NCBI GenBank assembly: GCA_041640655.1
Contig: JBEPZV010000013.1
Span: 1-52,556 of the forward strand
Origin: a bacterium
GTDB taxonomy: Bacteria > Acidobacteriota > Blastocatellia > HR10
DNA length: 52,556 bases
Direction: 5' to 3'
Position numbers and translations under genes: made by a program. Shown in pieces: positions 1 to 8,400 of the stretch (position 1 is its first letter; the number at the start of each line of letters is the position of its first letter). Under the pieces are notes generated by a model. That model made no database searches and was not told where the DNA came from. It saw only the letters and a program-made list of their open reading frames with translations.

Positions 1-68
1 AGGGGGTATGGGGGTTATCACTTTCGCCCACCTAACCCATTGGACTTTCAGAACTAAACCCCACAGCT
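1..68 (+). promoter_or_regulatory. CRISPR leader (3' part, truncated by window edge)
   Basis: 68 nt without a repeat before repeat 1, longer than any spacer (36-43 nt) and less GC-rich than coding DNA; the repeat ends in ATTGCGAC on the + strand, the usual 3' end. Confidence 0.7.
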
Positions 69-1020
69 GTCGGAAACCAGGACTCGCTTTAAAGAGGATT
101 GCGACAATCAGCCCTTCTATCTGCTTCATGACAGCGTTGAAGTCGGAAACCAGGACTCGCTTTAAAGAGGATTGCGACCCCACAGCCCCAGCAATATCCG
201 GAGGCCGTGGGTTCTGTCGGAAACCAGGACTCGCTTTAAAGAGGATTGCGACCCATTGACCCACCCAAGCCCGGCTGTCCACCATTGTGGGTGTCGGAAA
301 CCAGGACTCGCTTTAAAGAGGATTGCGACACTCCTCCATTATCTCATCGGCGATATCCGAGGCTTCATGTGTCGGAAACCAGGACTCGCTTTAAAGAGGA
401 TTGCGACGCAATTAAAAGCCAGATGTTACCGTCCTGGTCACTCCAGTCGGAAACCAGGACTCGCTTTAAAGAGGATTGCGACCAGATATTGGCGACCGTG
501 CGCCCAAGGTGCTCAAGACGTGTCGGAAACCAGGACTCGCTTTAAAGAGGATTGCGACCCTTGTCAATTCAATCACGCGTCAAATTCGTTTGGCATAAGC
601 CGTCGGAAACCAGGACTCGCTTTAAAGAGGATTGCGACTCTGAGGCTTGCCCTGCCTCACTTGCTCCAAGTATACAGTCGGAAACCAGGACTCGCTTTAA
701 AGAGGATTGCGACATCCCGAATTCTCTGCACATCTTCCCCAAAGCCCCGCCAAATGTCGGAAACCAGGACTCGCTTTAAAGAGGATTGCGACTCAAGGCA
801 TCCAGTATCACTCGGTTACTATCCACCCATGGTCGGAAACCAGGACTCGCTTTAAAGAGGATTGCGACACAAGAAACGGCTCACAGTTTTTGAACCAAGC
901 TGCCGCGAGTCGGAAACCAGGACTCGCTTTAAAGAGGATTGCGACCCGTACCACCATGAAATTCTCACTTCGTAGGTCATTGCGTCGGAAACCAGGACTC
1001 GCTTTAAAGAGGATTGCGAC
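69..1020 (+). CRISPR. CRISPR array, 13 identical 37-bp repeats GTCGGAAACCAGGACTCGCTTTAAAGAGGATTGCGAC and 12 spacers of 36-43 bp
   Basis: Repeats start at 69, 142, 216, 293, 371, 446, 522, 602, 677, 756, 832, 909 and 984; spacers are unique. Confidence 0.99.
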
Positions 1021-1025
1021 GGCCG

Positions 1026-1490
1026 TCACTCCTTCCGTCGCGTGAGCGCGCGGCGGCGGAGATCGTGAAGCTTCCAGTAGTAGAAGTACTTCGACGGAGG
1101 AGCGGTGCGGAAGCGGAGCCGATCGAGGGCTTGCAACTCTTCCAGCGTGGCGGCGCCGGAGAGTTCCGGATCGGCCAGAAATTCGTGAAAGGCGCGATAG
1201 GGGGAGGAGAAAGCGGGCTTGAGCTGACGAGCGGGCGTGCGGCGCGGTGTGCCGCGGCCGGTGAAGAGCCAGTCCAGGGAGATCCCGGCGCGGACCAGAG
1301 CCAGGTAGAAGTCAGCCGAGGGAAGGCCGCGGCGTTCGATATGACTGAGGCGTTGCTGCGACAGCCCCAGGCGCTCGGCGAAGGCTTTCTGCGAGAGGGG
1401 AGCGCGAGCGCGACGCAACCGCTCGCGGACGGCCTTCACCTCCGGCGTCTGCTTCCGACGACGTGTGCGGTTTTGTCGGCGCTTCGGCAT
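1026..1490 (-). CDS. XRE-family helix-turn-helix transcriptional regulator with unassigned C-terminal domain (154 aa)
   Basis: RLRRARAPLSQKAFAERLGLSQQRLSHIERRGLPS...GISLDWLFTG is a Cro/cI HTH signature; ATG at 1490 follows a TATACT -10 box. Confidence 0.88.
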   Translation of the reverse strand: MPKRRQNRTRRRKQTPEVKAVRERLRRARAPLSQKAFAERLGLSQQRLSHIERRGLPSADFYLALVRAGISLDWLFTGRGTPRRTPARQLKPAFSSPYRAFHEFLADPELSGAATLEELQALDRLRFRTAPPSKYFYYWKLHDLRRRALTRRKE

Positions 1491-1498
1491 GAGCTGAG

Positions 1499-1504
1499 AG
1501 TATA
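1499..1504 (-). promoter_or_regulatory. -10 box (TATACT) of the XRE gene, probably leaderless
   Basis: TATACT lies 8 nt upstream of the ATG; no Shine-Dalgarno. Confidence 0.55.
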
Positions 1505-1683
1505 CCCGATCGGCGGAGATTTGGGAAGTGGGAAGATTTTGTTCCGCCAGGTTAGGATCAAAAGGATATCGAGCGGCCGCTGGACCTGATGTGGTGTGCC
1601 GTTCAGAGCCGGACGCCGGTCTTCTCGGTTGCGCTACGCGGACTTCCTGTGGCAGGAGGGATCTCGCCCCGCTCGCTCCGGGC

Positions 1684-1712
1684 TTGACATCGAGGCGGAG
1701 GATGTGGAAAAT
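1684..1712 (+). promoter_or_regulatory. Sigma70-type promoter for the cysteine operon leader
   Basis: TTGACA (1684-1689), 17-nt spacer, GAAAAT (1707-1712). Confidence 0.65.
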
Positions 1713-1811
1713 TTCTCGCCTTGAAATGCGCGCGGCCGGCAAGGTGAGAGGGTTGTGAGGCAGACGCTGGGCATCAACCGGAAGGTGAGAACCGGAGGCG
1801 AGGACCGCCGG

Positions 1812-1883
1812 ATGGCCATGATGTGTTGTTGTTGTCGGACGACGGGAGGCTCTCCGGCGGTGGTGCAGACGCTCGTGAGCTAG
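1812..1883 (+). CDS. Poly-Cys attenuator leader peptide MAMMCCCCRTTGGSPAVVQTLVS (23 aa)
   Basis: ATG GCC ATG ATG TGT TGT TGT TGT ... TAG; GAGGA SD-like motif upstream; directly precedes a terminator and the cysteine synthase gene. Confidence 0.88.
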   Translation: MAMMCCCCRTTGGSPAVVQTLVS

Positions 1884-1907
1884 GCCGCGCGAAGCGACAT
1901 CGAGATC

Positions 1908-1948
1908 AAAAAAACCCACTGCCGGAGAGATCGGCGGTGGGTTTTTTT
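1908..1948 (+). terminator. Intrinsic terminator of the attenuator
   Basis: AAAAAAACCCACTGCCG-GAGAGAT-CGGCGGTGGGTTTTTTT: GC-rich stem with one G-U pair, then 7 T. Confidence 0.92.
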
Positions 1949-1974
1949 ATGGCCGGCGACGAGGCGAGGCGCGC

Positions 1975-2979
1975 ATGAAGGGCATTCGAGGGGCGTGCGC
2001 GGAAGGAGCGTGGGCGACCTTCGGGCCTCGCGCGAGGATGGTGCGCGCGTGGGAGCGACCGGTGGACCTGTTGCAGCTTGTCGGGCGGACGCCGCTTCTG
2101 CGGCTGCGGCGGATCGCGCGCGAATTCGAGGGGGTGGAGATCTACGCGAAGGCGGAGTGGTACAACCCGGGGGGATCGGTGAAGGATCGCGCGGGGTTGT
2201 GGATCATTCAAGACGCGGAGGCCGCGGGGCGACTGACGCCGGAGAAGATCATCCTCGACGCGACGTCGGGCAATACGGGCATCGCCTATGCGTGGATCGC
2301 GCGGGTGAAGGGGTATCGGGTGACGCTCGCCATTCCGGCCAATGTCACGCCCGAGCGGAAGCGGATTTTGCGGGCCTTGGGGGCGGAGTTGCGCTTCACC
2401 GATCCGCGCGAGGGGTCGGACGGGGCGATTCGCGAGGCGCGACGTCTGGCGGCGGAGCATCCGGAGCTCTACTTCTATGCCGATCAGTACAACAATCCGG
2501 CCAATTGGCGCGCGCACTATGAGACGACGGCGGTGGAGATCTTCGAGCAGACGGAGGGGCGGATCACGCATTTCGTGGCCGGGTTGGGCACCAGCGGCAC
2601 GTTCGTGGGCGTCGGGCGCCGCTTGCGCGAGCTCTGTCCGGAGATTCGGTTGATCTCGGTGCAGCCGGATGCGCCGTTTCATGGGATCGAGGGGCTGAAG
2701 CACATGCCGACGGCTCTGCGGCCGGGCATCTATGACGACGCGCTGGCGGACATGAATCTGGAGATCCCGACCGAGGAGGCCTACGCGATGGTGCGACGCC
2801 TGGCGCGCGAGGAGGGGCTGCTGGTGGGCGTCTCCTCGGGAGCGGCGTTGGCCGCAGTGCTGCGCATCGCGCGGACGATTCGTCGTGGTGTCATCGTCAC
2901 GATCTTCCCCGACGGTGGGGACAAGTACTTGAGTGAGCGCTTCTGGGAGGAAGGGGGGGATGATTCGACTCACGATTGA
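1975..2979 (+). CDS. cysM: PLP-dependent cysteine synthase (CysM-type; start may be 2038)
   Basis: NPGGSVKDR PLP-lysine motif, DATSGNTG, GLGTSGT, GVSSGA; operon context. Confidence 0.88.
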   Translation: MKGIRGACAEGAWATFGPRARMVRAWERPVDLLQLVGRTPLLRLRRIAREFEGVEIYAKAEWYNPGGSVKDRAGLWIIQDAEAAGRLTPEKIILDATSGNTGIAYAWIARVKGYRVTLAIPANVTPERKRILRALGAELRFTDPREGSDGAIREARRLAAEHPELYFYADQYNNPANWRAHYETTAVEIFEQTEGRITHFVAGLGTSGTFVGVGRRLRELCPEIRLISVQPDAPFHGIEGLKHMPTALRPGIYDDALADMNLEIPTEEAYAMVRRLAREEGLLVGVSSGAALAAVLRIARTIRRGVIVTIFPDGGDKYLSERFWEEGGDDSTHD

Positions 2980-3379
2980 ACAGCTTGAGGCGATCAAGCG
3001 GCATGGGGAGCGCGCCTATCCTGAGGAGGGGTGCGGCGTGTTGCTCGGACACGTGGAGGGGGAGACGAAGGTCGTCGAGGAGATTCGTCCGACGCCGAAC
3101 GCGCGGCAGGACTCACCGCACAATCGCTATGCCATCGCCCCGGAGGAACTGCTGCGGCTCGAACGCGAGGCGCGCGCGCGCGGTCGTGAAGTCCTCGGCT
3201 TCTTCCATTCGCATCCGGATGCGGAGGCGCGCCCCTCATCGCACGATCTCGAACACGCGTGGCCGTGGTATTCCTATCTGATCATCTCGGTGCGAGCCGC
3301 GGTCTCCGAGAGCGTGCATTCCTGGGTCTTGCGCGAGGATCGTTCGCGGTTCGATCAGGAGGAGATTCTCATCGGGTGA
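2960..3379 (+). CDS. mec: JAB/MPN+ (M67) metallopeptidase, Mec-like CysO-cysteine peptidase
   Basis: PEEGCG ... FHSHPDAEARPSSHD JAMM motif. Confidence 0.9.
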   Translation: MIRLTIEQLEAIKRHGERAYPEEGCGVLLGHVEGETKVVEEIRPTPNARQDSPHNRYAIAPEELLRLEREARARGREVLGFFHSHPDAEARPSSHDLEHAWPWYSYLIISVRAAVSESVHSWVLREDRSRFDQEEILIG

Positions 3380-3435
3380 TGCTTCAACTGCGGGGCTTCC
3401 CGCATCGGGGGGGCTCCGGGGGAAAGGAGGGAGCG

Positions 3436-4905
3436 ATGTCGGTCACGATCTCACTTCCGACGGCCTTGCGGCGATATGCCGCCGAGAGCGATACGCTTCA
3501 GGTCGAAGGGCGAACGGTGCGCGAAGCGCTCGCCCGGTTGGTCGAGCGATACCCCGATTTGCAGCACCATCTCTTCACCGAGGATGGGCGGTTGCGCCAT
3601 TTCGTCAACGTGTACGTCAATGATGAGGACGTGCGGTACCTGCAGGAGCTGGAGACGCCGGTGAAGGAGGGGGATGAGATCACCATCGTCCCCTCGGTCG
3701 CGGGGGGGCGGGCGTCGGGAGCATCGGATGGTGAAGGGCTGGCGGCGATCGCCGAGCGCGCCGAGCGCGTGCGGCTCAGCCCGGAGGAGATCCTGCGCTA
3801 CAGCCGACACCTCATCATGCCGGAGGTGACCATGGAGGGGCAGCGTCGGCTCAAGGCGGCGCGGGTGCTGATCATCGGCGCGGGCGGTCTGGGGTCGCCT
3901 CTGGCCCTCTACTTGGCCGCCGCGGGCGTGGGGCGCATCGGGATCGTGGATTTCGATGTGGTGGATTTCACGAACCTCCAGCGGCAGGTCCTCTACACCA
4001 CGCACGACGTCGGTCAGCCCAAGTTGCAGAAGGCCAAGGAGCGGCTCCAGGCGATCAATCCCCACATTGAGATCGAGACCTATGAGACGCGGCTCACCTC
4101 GGCGAACGCGCTCGAGATTCTGCGGGACTACGATGTGATCGTGGACGGCACGGATAATTTCCCGACGCGCTATTTGGTCAACGATGCGTGTGTGCTGCTT
4201 GGGAAGCCCAACGTCTATGGGAGCATCTTTCGCTTCGAGGGACAGGCATCGGTCTTCTACGCGCGGCAGGGGCCGTGTTACCGCTGCCTCTATCCGGAGC
4301 CGCCGCCGCCCGGGCTCGTCCCGAGCTGCGCCGAGGGGGGCGTGCTCGGCGTATTGCCTGGGATCATCGGCGCGATTCAGGCCAACGAGACGATCAAGCT
4401 GATTCTGGGGCAGGGCGAGCCGCTCATTGGGCGGCTCTTGCTGTTGGACGCCTGGCGGATGCAGATCCGCACGGTGAAGGTGCGCAAGGACCCACAGTGC
4501 CCGATCTGCGGTGAGCGGCCGACGATCCGCGAGTTGATTGACTACGAAGAGTTCTGCGGCGTGATGCCGGAGCCGGTGCTCGCCGAAGAGCTGGAGATCA
4601 CGCCGCGCGAGCTGAAGGCGCGACTCGATCGGGGGGAGCCGCTCTTCCTGCTCGACGTTCGCGAGCCGCACGAATGGCAGATCGCGCATCTGCCGGGCGC
4701 GACGCTCATCCCCATGAACCGCATCCCCGCGCGCTTGCACGAGCTGCCGACGACGGACGAGATCGTCGTCTATTGCAAGACGGGAGGGCGAAGCGCGCAG
4801 GTGCTGCGGTTCCTCTACAGTGCGGGCTTCCGGCGGATCAAGAACCTGAAGGGGGGGATTGATCGCTGGGCCGTGGAGGTGGATCCGAGCGTGCCGCGGT
4901 ACTGA
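3436..4905 (+). CDS. moeB: Fusion of ThiS/MoaD (CysO-like) sulfur carrier, MoeB/E1 adenylyltransferase and rhodanese (MoeZ-like)
   Basis: N-terminal beta-grasp domain ending ITIVPSVAGG; GAGGLG, CYRC, CAEGG, CPIC; rhodanese YCKTGGRS; AAGGAGG SD before 3436. Confidence 0.92.
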   Translation: MSVTISLPTALRRYAAESDTLQVEGRTVREALARLVERYPDLQHHLFTEDGRLRHFVNVYVNDEDVRYLQELETPVKEGDEITIVPSVAGGRASGASDGEGLAAIAERAERVRLSPEEILRYSRHLIMPEVTMEGQRRLKAARVLIIGAGGLGSPLALYLAAAGVGRIGIVDFDVVDFTNLQRQVLYTTHDVGQPKLQKAKERLQAINPHIEIETYETRLTSANALEILRDYDVIVDGTDNFPTRYLVNDACVLLGKPNVYGSIFRFEGQASVFYARQGPCYRCLYPEPPPPGLVPSCAEGGVLGVLPGIIGAIQANETIKLILGQGEPLIGRLLLLDAWRMQIRTVKVRKDPQCPICGERPTIRELIDYEEFCGVMPEPVLAEELEITPRELKARLDRGEPLFLLDVREPHEWQIAHLPGATLIPMNRIPARLHELPTTDEIVVYCKTGGRSAQVLRFLYSAGFRRIKNLKGGIDRWAVEVDPSVPRY

Positions 4906-4915
4906 GGAGGTGGTC

Positions 4916-5416
4916 ATGAGGGCGATTGACGAGGTCGTGGAGGCCAACGCGGCTTACGCCGCGCAATTCGCATGGGGGGACTTATCGGCGCCGCCCACAC
5001 GGCGGCTGATCGTGCTCGCGTGCATGGACGCGCGAATCCTCGTCTCGCAGATATTGGGGCTGAAGCCAGGTGAGGCGCACGTCCTGCGCAATGCCGGCGG
5101 CATCGTGACTGAGGACGTCTTGCGCTCGCTGCTCATCTCCCATTATCTGTTGGGGACGCGGGAGTTCATGATCATCGCCCACACCGACTGCGGCATGATG
5201 ACCTTCACCGATGACGATCTCTTTCGGCGTCTTCGGCACGAGACGGGGACGGCCGTCGTGGCCCCGGCGCGCTTTTTCGCCTTCCGCGATCTGGAGGAGA
5301 ACGTGCGGGAGCAAGTGCAGAAGGTGCGCTCGCATCCGTGGGTTCCTGCCGCGCTCCTGGTGCGCGGGTTCATCTACGATGTGAAGACCGGACGATTGCG
5401 CGAAGTCTCCGCATGA
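4916..5416 (+). CDS. Beta-class carbonic anhydrase (short clade-D type; possible COS hydrolase)
   Basis: ACMDAR, RNAGG, HTDCG zinc motifs; GFIYDVKTG; GAGGAGG SD. Confidence 0.92.
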   Translation: MRAIDEVVEANAAYAAQFAWGDLSAPPTRRLIVLACMDARILVSQILGLKPGEAHVLRNAGGIVTEDVLRSLLISHYLLGTREFMIIAHTDCGMMTFTDDDLFRRLRHETGTAVVAPARFFAFRDLEENVREQVQKVRSHPWVPAALLVRGFIYDVKTGRLREVSA

Positions 5417-5420
5417 GGGC

Positions 5421-5456
5421 GGTGGGAGGGGCGAGCTCGTGATCGCCCCTCCCGCT
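5421..5456. terminator. Stem-loop between convergent genes
   Basis: GGGAGGGGCGA (5424-5434) pairs with TCGCCCCTCCC (5443-5453); no strong U tract. Confidence 0.55.
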
Positions 5457-5468
5457 GATCTCCCCTTC

Positions 5469-8400
5469 TCAGAAGGAGAGCTTCAGGCCAAATTGGATGA
5501 TGCGCGGATCGCGCGCGCTGCTGACGGACCCGAAGCCCGCGACGCCCAGGGTCGCGCTCGGCGCCCCCAATTGAGTGTGATTGAAGGCGTTGAAGAATTC
5601 CGCCCGGAATTGCACGCGCACCTGCTCGGTCAGGGCGAAGTTCTTCATCAGGCTGATGTCCCAATTGTTGACGCCCGCGGCGCGGATGATGTTACGCCCG
5701 GCCGTCCCGAAGGTCGTGGTCGCCCGGCGGAAGGCATCCGTATTGAACCAGCGCGCGGGGGTACGTTGACCTTTCGGCAGACGCGGATTCGCGATCAGGT
5801 CAGGTCGCGTGGAGCCTCCGGCCGGGAATGGTCCGACCAGCAGCGTGTCTCCGGACTGGAAGACGGTGAAGGGCAGGCCGCTCCAGAAGGTCGTGATGCC
5901 GGAGAGTTGCCATCCGCCGAAGACGGCGCGCACGGCCGGATGGGCTTCCCGCAAGGTGGGGAGCTCCCAGATGTAGTTGATCGTCAGCACGTGCTGGCGC
6001 TGGAACGAGGAGGGCGCGCGCTCGGCGCGGATGTTGAGCGAGTCCTGCGGCGCATCCGAGCGATCCGTCGAAGCGGTGGTCATGTTCTTCCCCCAGGTGT
6101 AGACCCCGCCGATGGAGAAGCCGCGACTCATCCGCTTCTGGATGGACATCTGCAGCGAGTGGTAGCGCGAGATGCCCGTCGTCTGTCGCTCCTGGATCAG
6201 GGCGTATCCGAGATAGGGGCGCACGCGATTGATGACGCCGCCGGCCTGATTGGCGGCCAGGGGACGCGGCTGGTTGATGTTGATGAGGCGGAGCAGATTG
6301 TTGCCGCCGGAGCCCACGTAGCCGATCTCAAAGAGCGTCTGCGGGAAGAGCTCGCGCTGATAGCTCAGGTTCCACTGCTGCATGGTCGGCGCGCGGAAGG
6401 GGAAGCCCGTCGTGAGCAAGCTGATGGGCAGGATGGTCTCGCGCGTGACGCCGGCCGCCGGGTTGCTGAGCAGCGCATTGTCAATGGTCACACGGGTGTT
6501 CGCCTTGGGATTCACGAACCCGTTCTGCAGGACGATCCCCGTCAGCGAGCGATCGTAGTAGATGCCGTAGCCGCCGCGCAGAACGCTCTTTCCGCGTCCG
6601 GACGGATCCCAGGCGAAGCCGAAGCGCGGGCCGATGAGGTCGAAATTATTCTCCTGCACGCGTCGCCCGAAGGGGGAATTCTCTCCGGAGAAGATCATCC
6701 CGTTGAAGCGATCGCCGCTGCCGGGGATGATGAAGCCGCGCGCGTCCAGTTGCACCGCGCGCTCCGGGCGGTAGAGATCGGGCCGGAAGGTCTGCAGGAG
6801 ATTGTTCTTCTCCACCGGGTTGCCGAACATGGAGAACCGAACGCCGAAGTCGAGCGTGAGGTTCGGGCGCACTTTCCAGCTGTCTTGCGCGTAAAACTCG
6901 TAGGTGTTGTACCGGAGGTCCAGGTTCACATCCACCTGATCCTCCGTGTAGCTGGAGGCGAGGCCGAGCAGGAAGTCCGCGAAGGCGTTCCCCGTGAAGC
7001 GGCCATCGAAGGTGAACGAGCCATCCACAGGATTGCCGCCGGAATTCTCGAACTTCCGCTCCGTCGCGATGAACGCTCCCGTCTTGAACGTGTGCTTCCC
7101 CGTCGTGTAGGTGAAGTTGTAGGTGAACGAATGGCTCGGGTTCCCGTTCCGATATGGCCCGAAGAAGCTGATGCCGGCGAAGCCGGAGATGGAGATATTG
7201 GGCACCAGGTCGCGATTGCCCGGGAAGATCTCGGGGATTCTCAAGCCCAGTGCGCTGCGCTTGCCGCGCCCGATGATATTGCTGATGATCTGGTTGCGGG
7301 AGAAATCATAGGCGAACTCGCTCACGGCGCGCGTCCCGAGGACATGCGTGGCCGCCACTTTGAAATTGACAGCGGGCGTATCGGTGGCCGTCGTCGCGAC
7401 GTCCGGCAGCAGGATGTTGTTGAACAGTCCGCCCGGCTCGACGCGCGAGAAGATGTCTCGAATATAGCGGGCCCACACGCGGAAATTGGGGGTGAAGATA
7501 TGGTCCACGCGCCACAACTCCTGACGGAAGTTGACGGGCTGAGGCAGGGTGGGGCGGTAGAAGCGCGGATCGCCTTCGGCGGCCGCGTTGGGGAGCGGGA
7601 AGAGCCGCTCGACGATGATCCGGGCGTTCGGATCAATGCGATCCGGCGGGATGCTGTTGCCCGGGAACGGTTGTCCCGTCTGCGGATCTCGGATGGCGGG
7701 GAATCCCGAGAAGTCCCCCCGGCGCATGGCGGCCGTCGGCACGGTCGTGCGCGGCGTCGTGAACTCCCGAATGCGGCGGAACTCCTGCGAGAAGAAGAAG
7801 AAGGTCTTCTCTCGCTGCCTGTTGTACCCGAAGAGCGTGACCGGCCCGCCGATGTTCCATCCGAAATTGTTGTACCGCAGCGGCGGCTTCAGGCTCGTTC
7901 GTCCCACAATGGGCGGCGTGAAGCGAAACGGCTCGCGCGCGGTGATGACATCGTTGCGCAGGAAGTGATAGGCGCCGCCGTGAAACTCGCGCGTCCCCGA
8001 CTTGGTGATGATATTCACCACGCCCCCGGCGTTGCGGCCGAACTCGGCGCTGTAGACGTTGGTGAGGATGCGGAATTCGGCCACCGCATCCACGCTCGGG
8101 TAGTTGAAGAGTGTCAGGTTCGATCCCGTGTCCACGTTGCGCCCGCCGTCGATGAGCCAGTTGATGCCGCTTGTGCGACTCCCGCTGACGGAGATCGAGA
8201 TCACGCTGAGTCCGCCGAAGCCCACTTGACTCGGCAATGCCGAGGAGACGCCCGGCACGAGATAGGTCAACTGCACGAAATTTCGGTTATTCAACGGCAG
8301 CTCGGTCATCTGTCGCCCGGAGACCAAGCCGCTGATGGTGGGACTCTGTTGGACGAGGACTTCTTCCGCCGTGACGGTCACCGTCTCCTGGATCTCGCCC

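Larger units (their letters stand above)
1804..1948 (+). promoter_or_regulatory. Transcription attenuator (anti-antiterminator / antiterminator / terminator)
   Basis: 1804-1812 pairs with 1853-1861; 1850-1863 pairs with 1916-1929; 1914-1924 pairs with 1932-1942, followed by a T run. Confidence 0.85.

Noticed and set aside
179..292. Spacers 2 and 3 share short words (CCCACAGC, CCATTG) with the leader
   Set aside because: Matches of 8 nt or less are expected by chance; no self-targeting match was noticed in the window, though this was a by-eye check only
8..1045. ORFs with repeated RKPGLALKRIAT / SETRTRFKEDCD peptides
   Set aside because: Translations of the CRISPR repeats, not genes
1491..1919. 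143-aa N-terminal extension of the XRE ORF (to 1919)
   Set aside because: Low-complexity, overlaps the cys promoter and attenuator; the -10 box supports a start at 1490
1550..1950. SAM riboswitch or T-box upstream of the cysteine genes
   Set aside because: No SAM-I core or T-box AAGGTGGTACC-like motif seen; the leader-peptide attenuator explains the terminator
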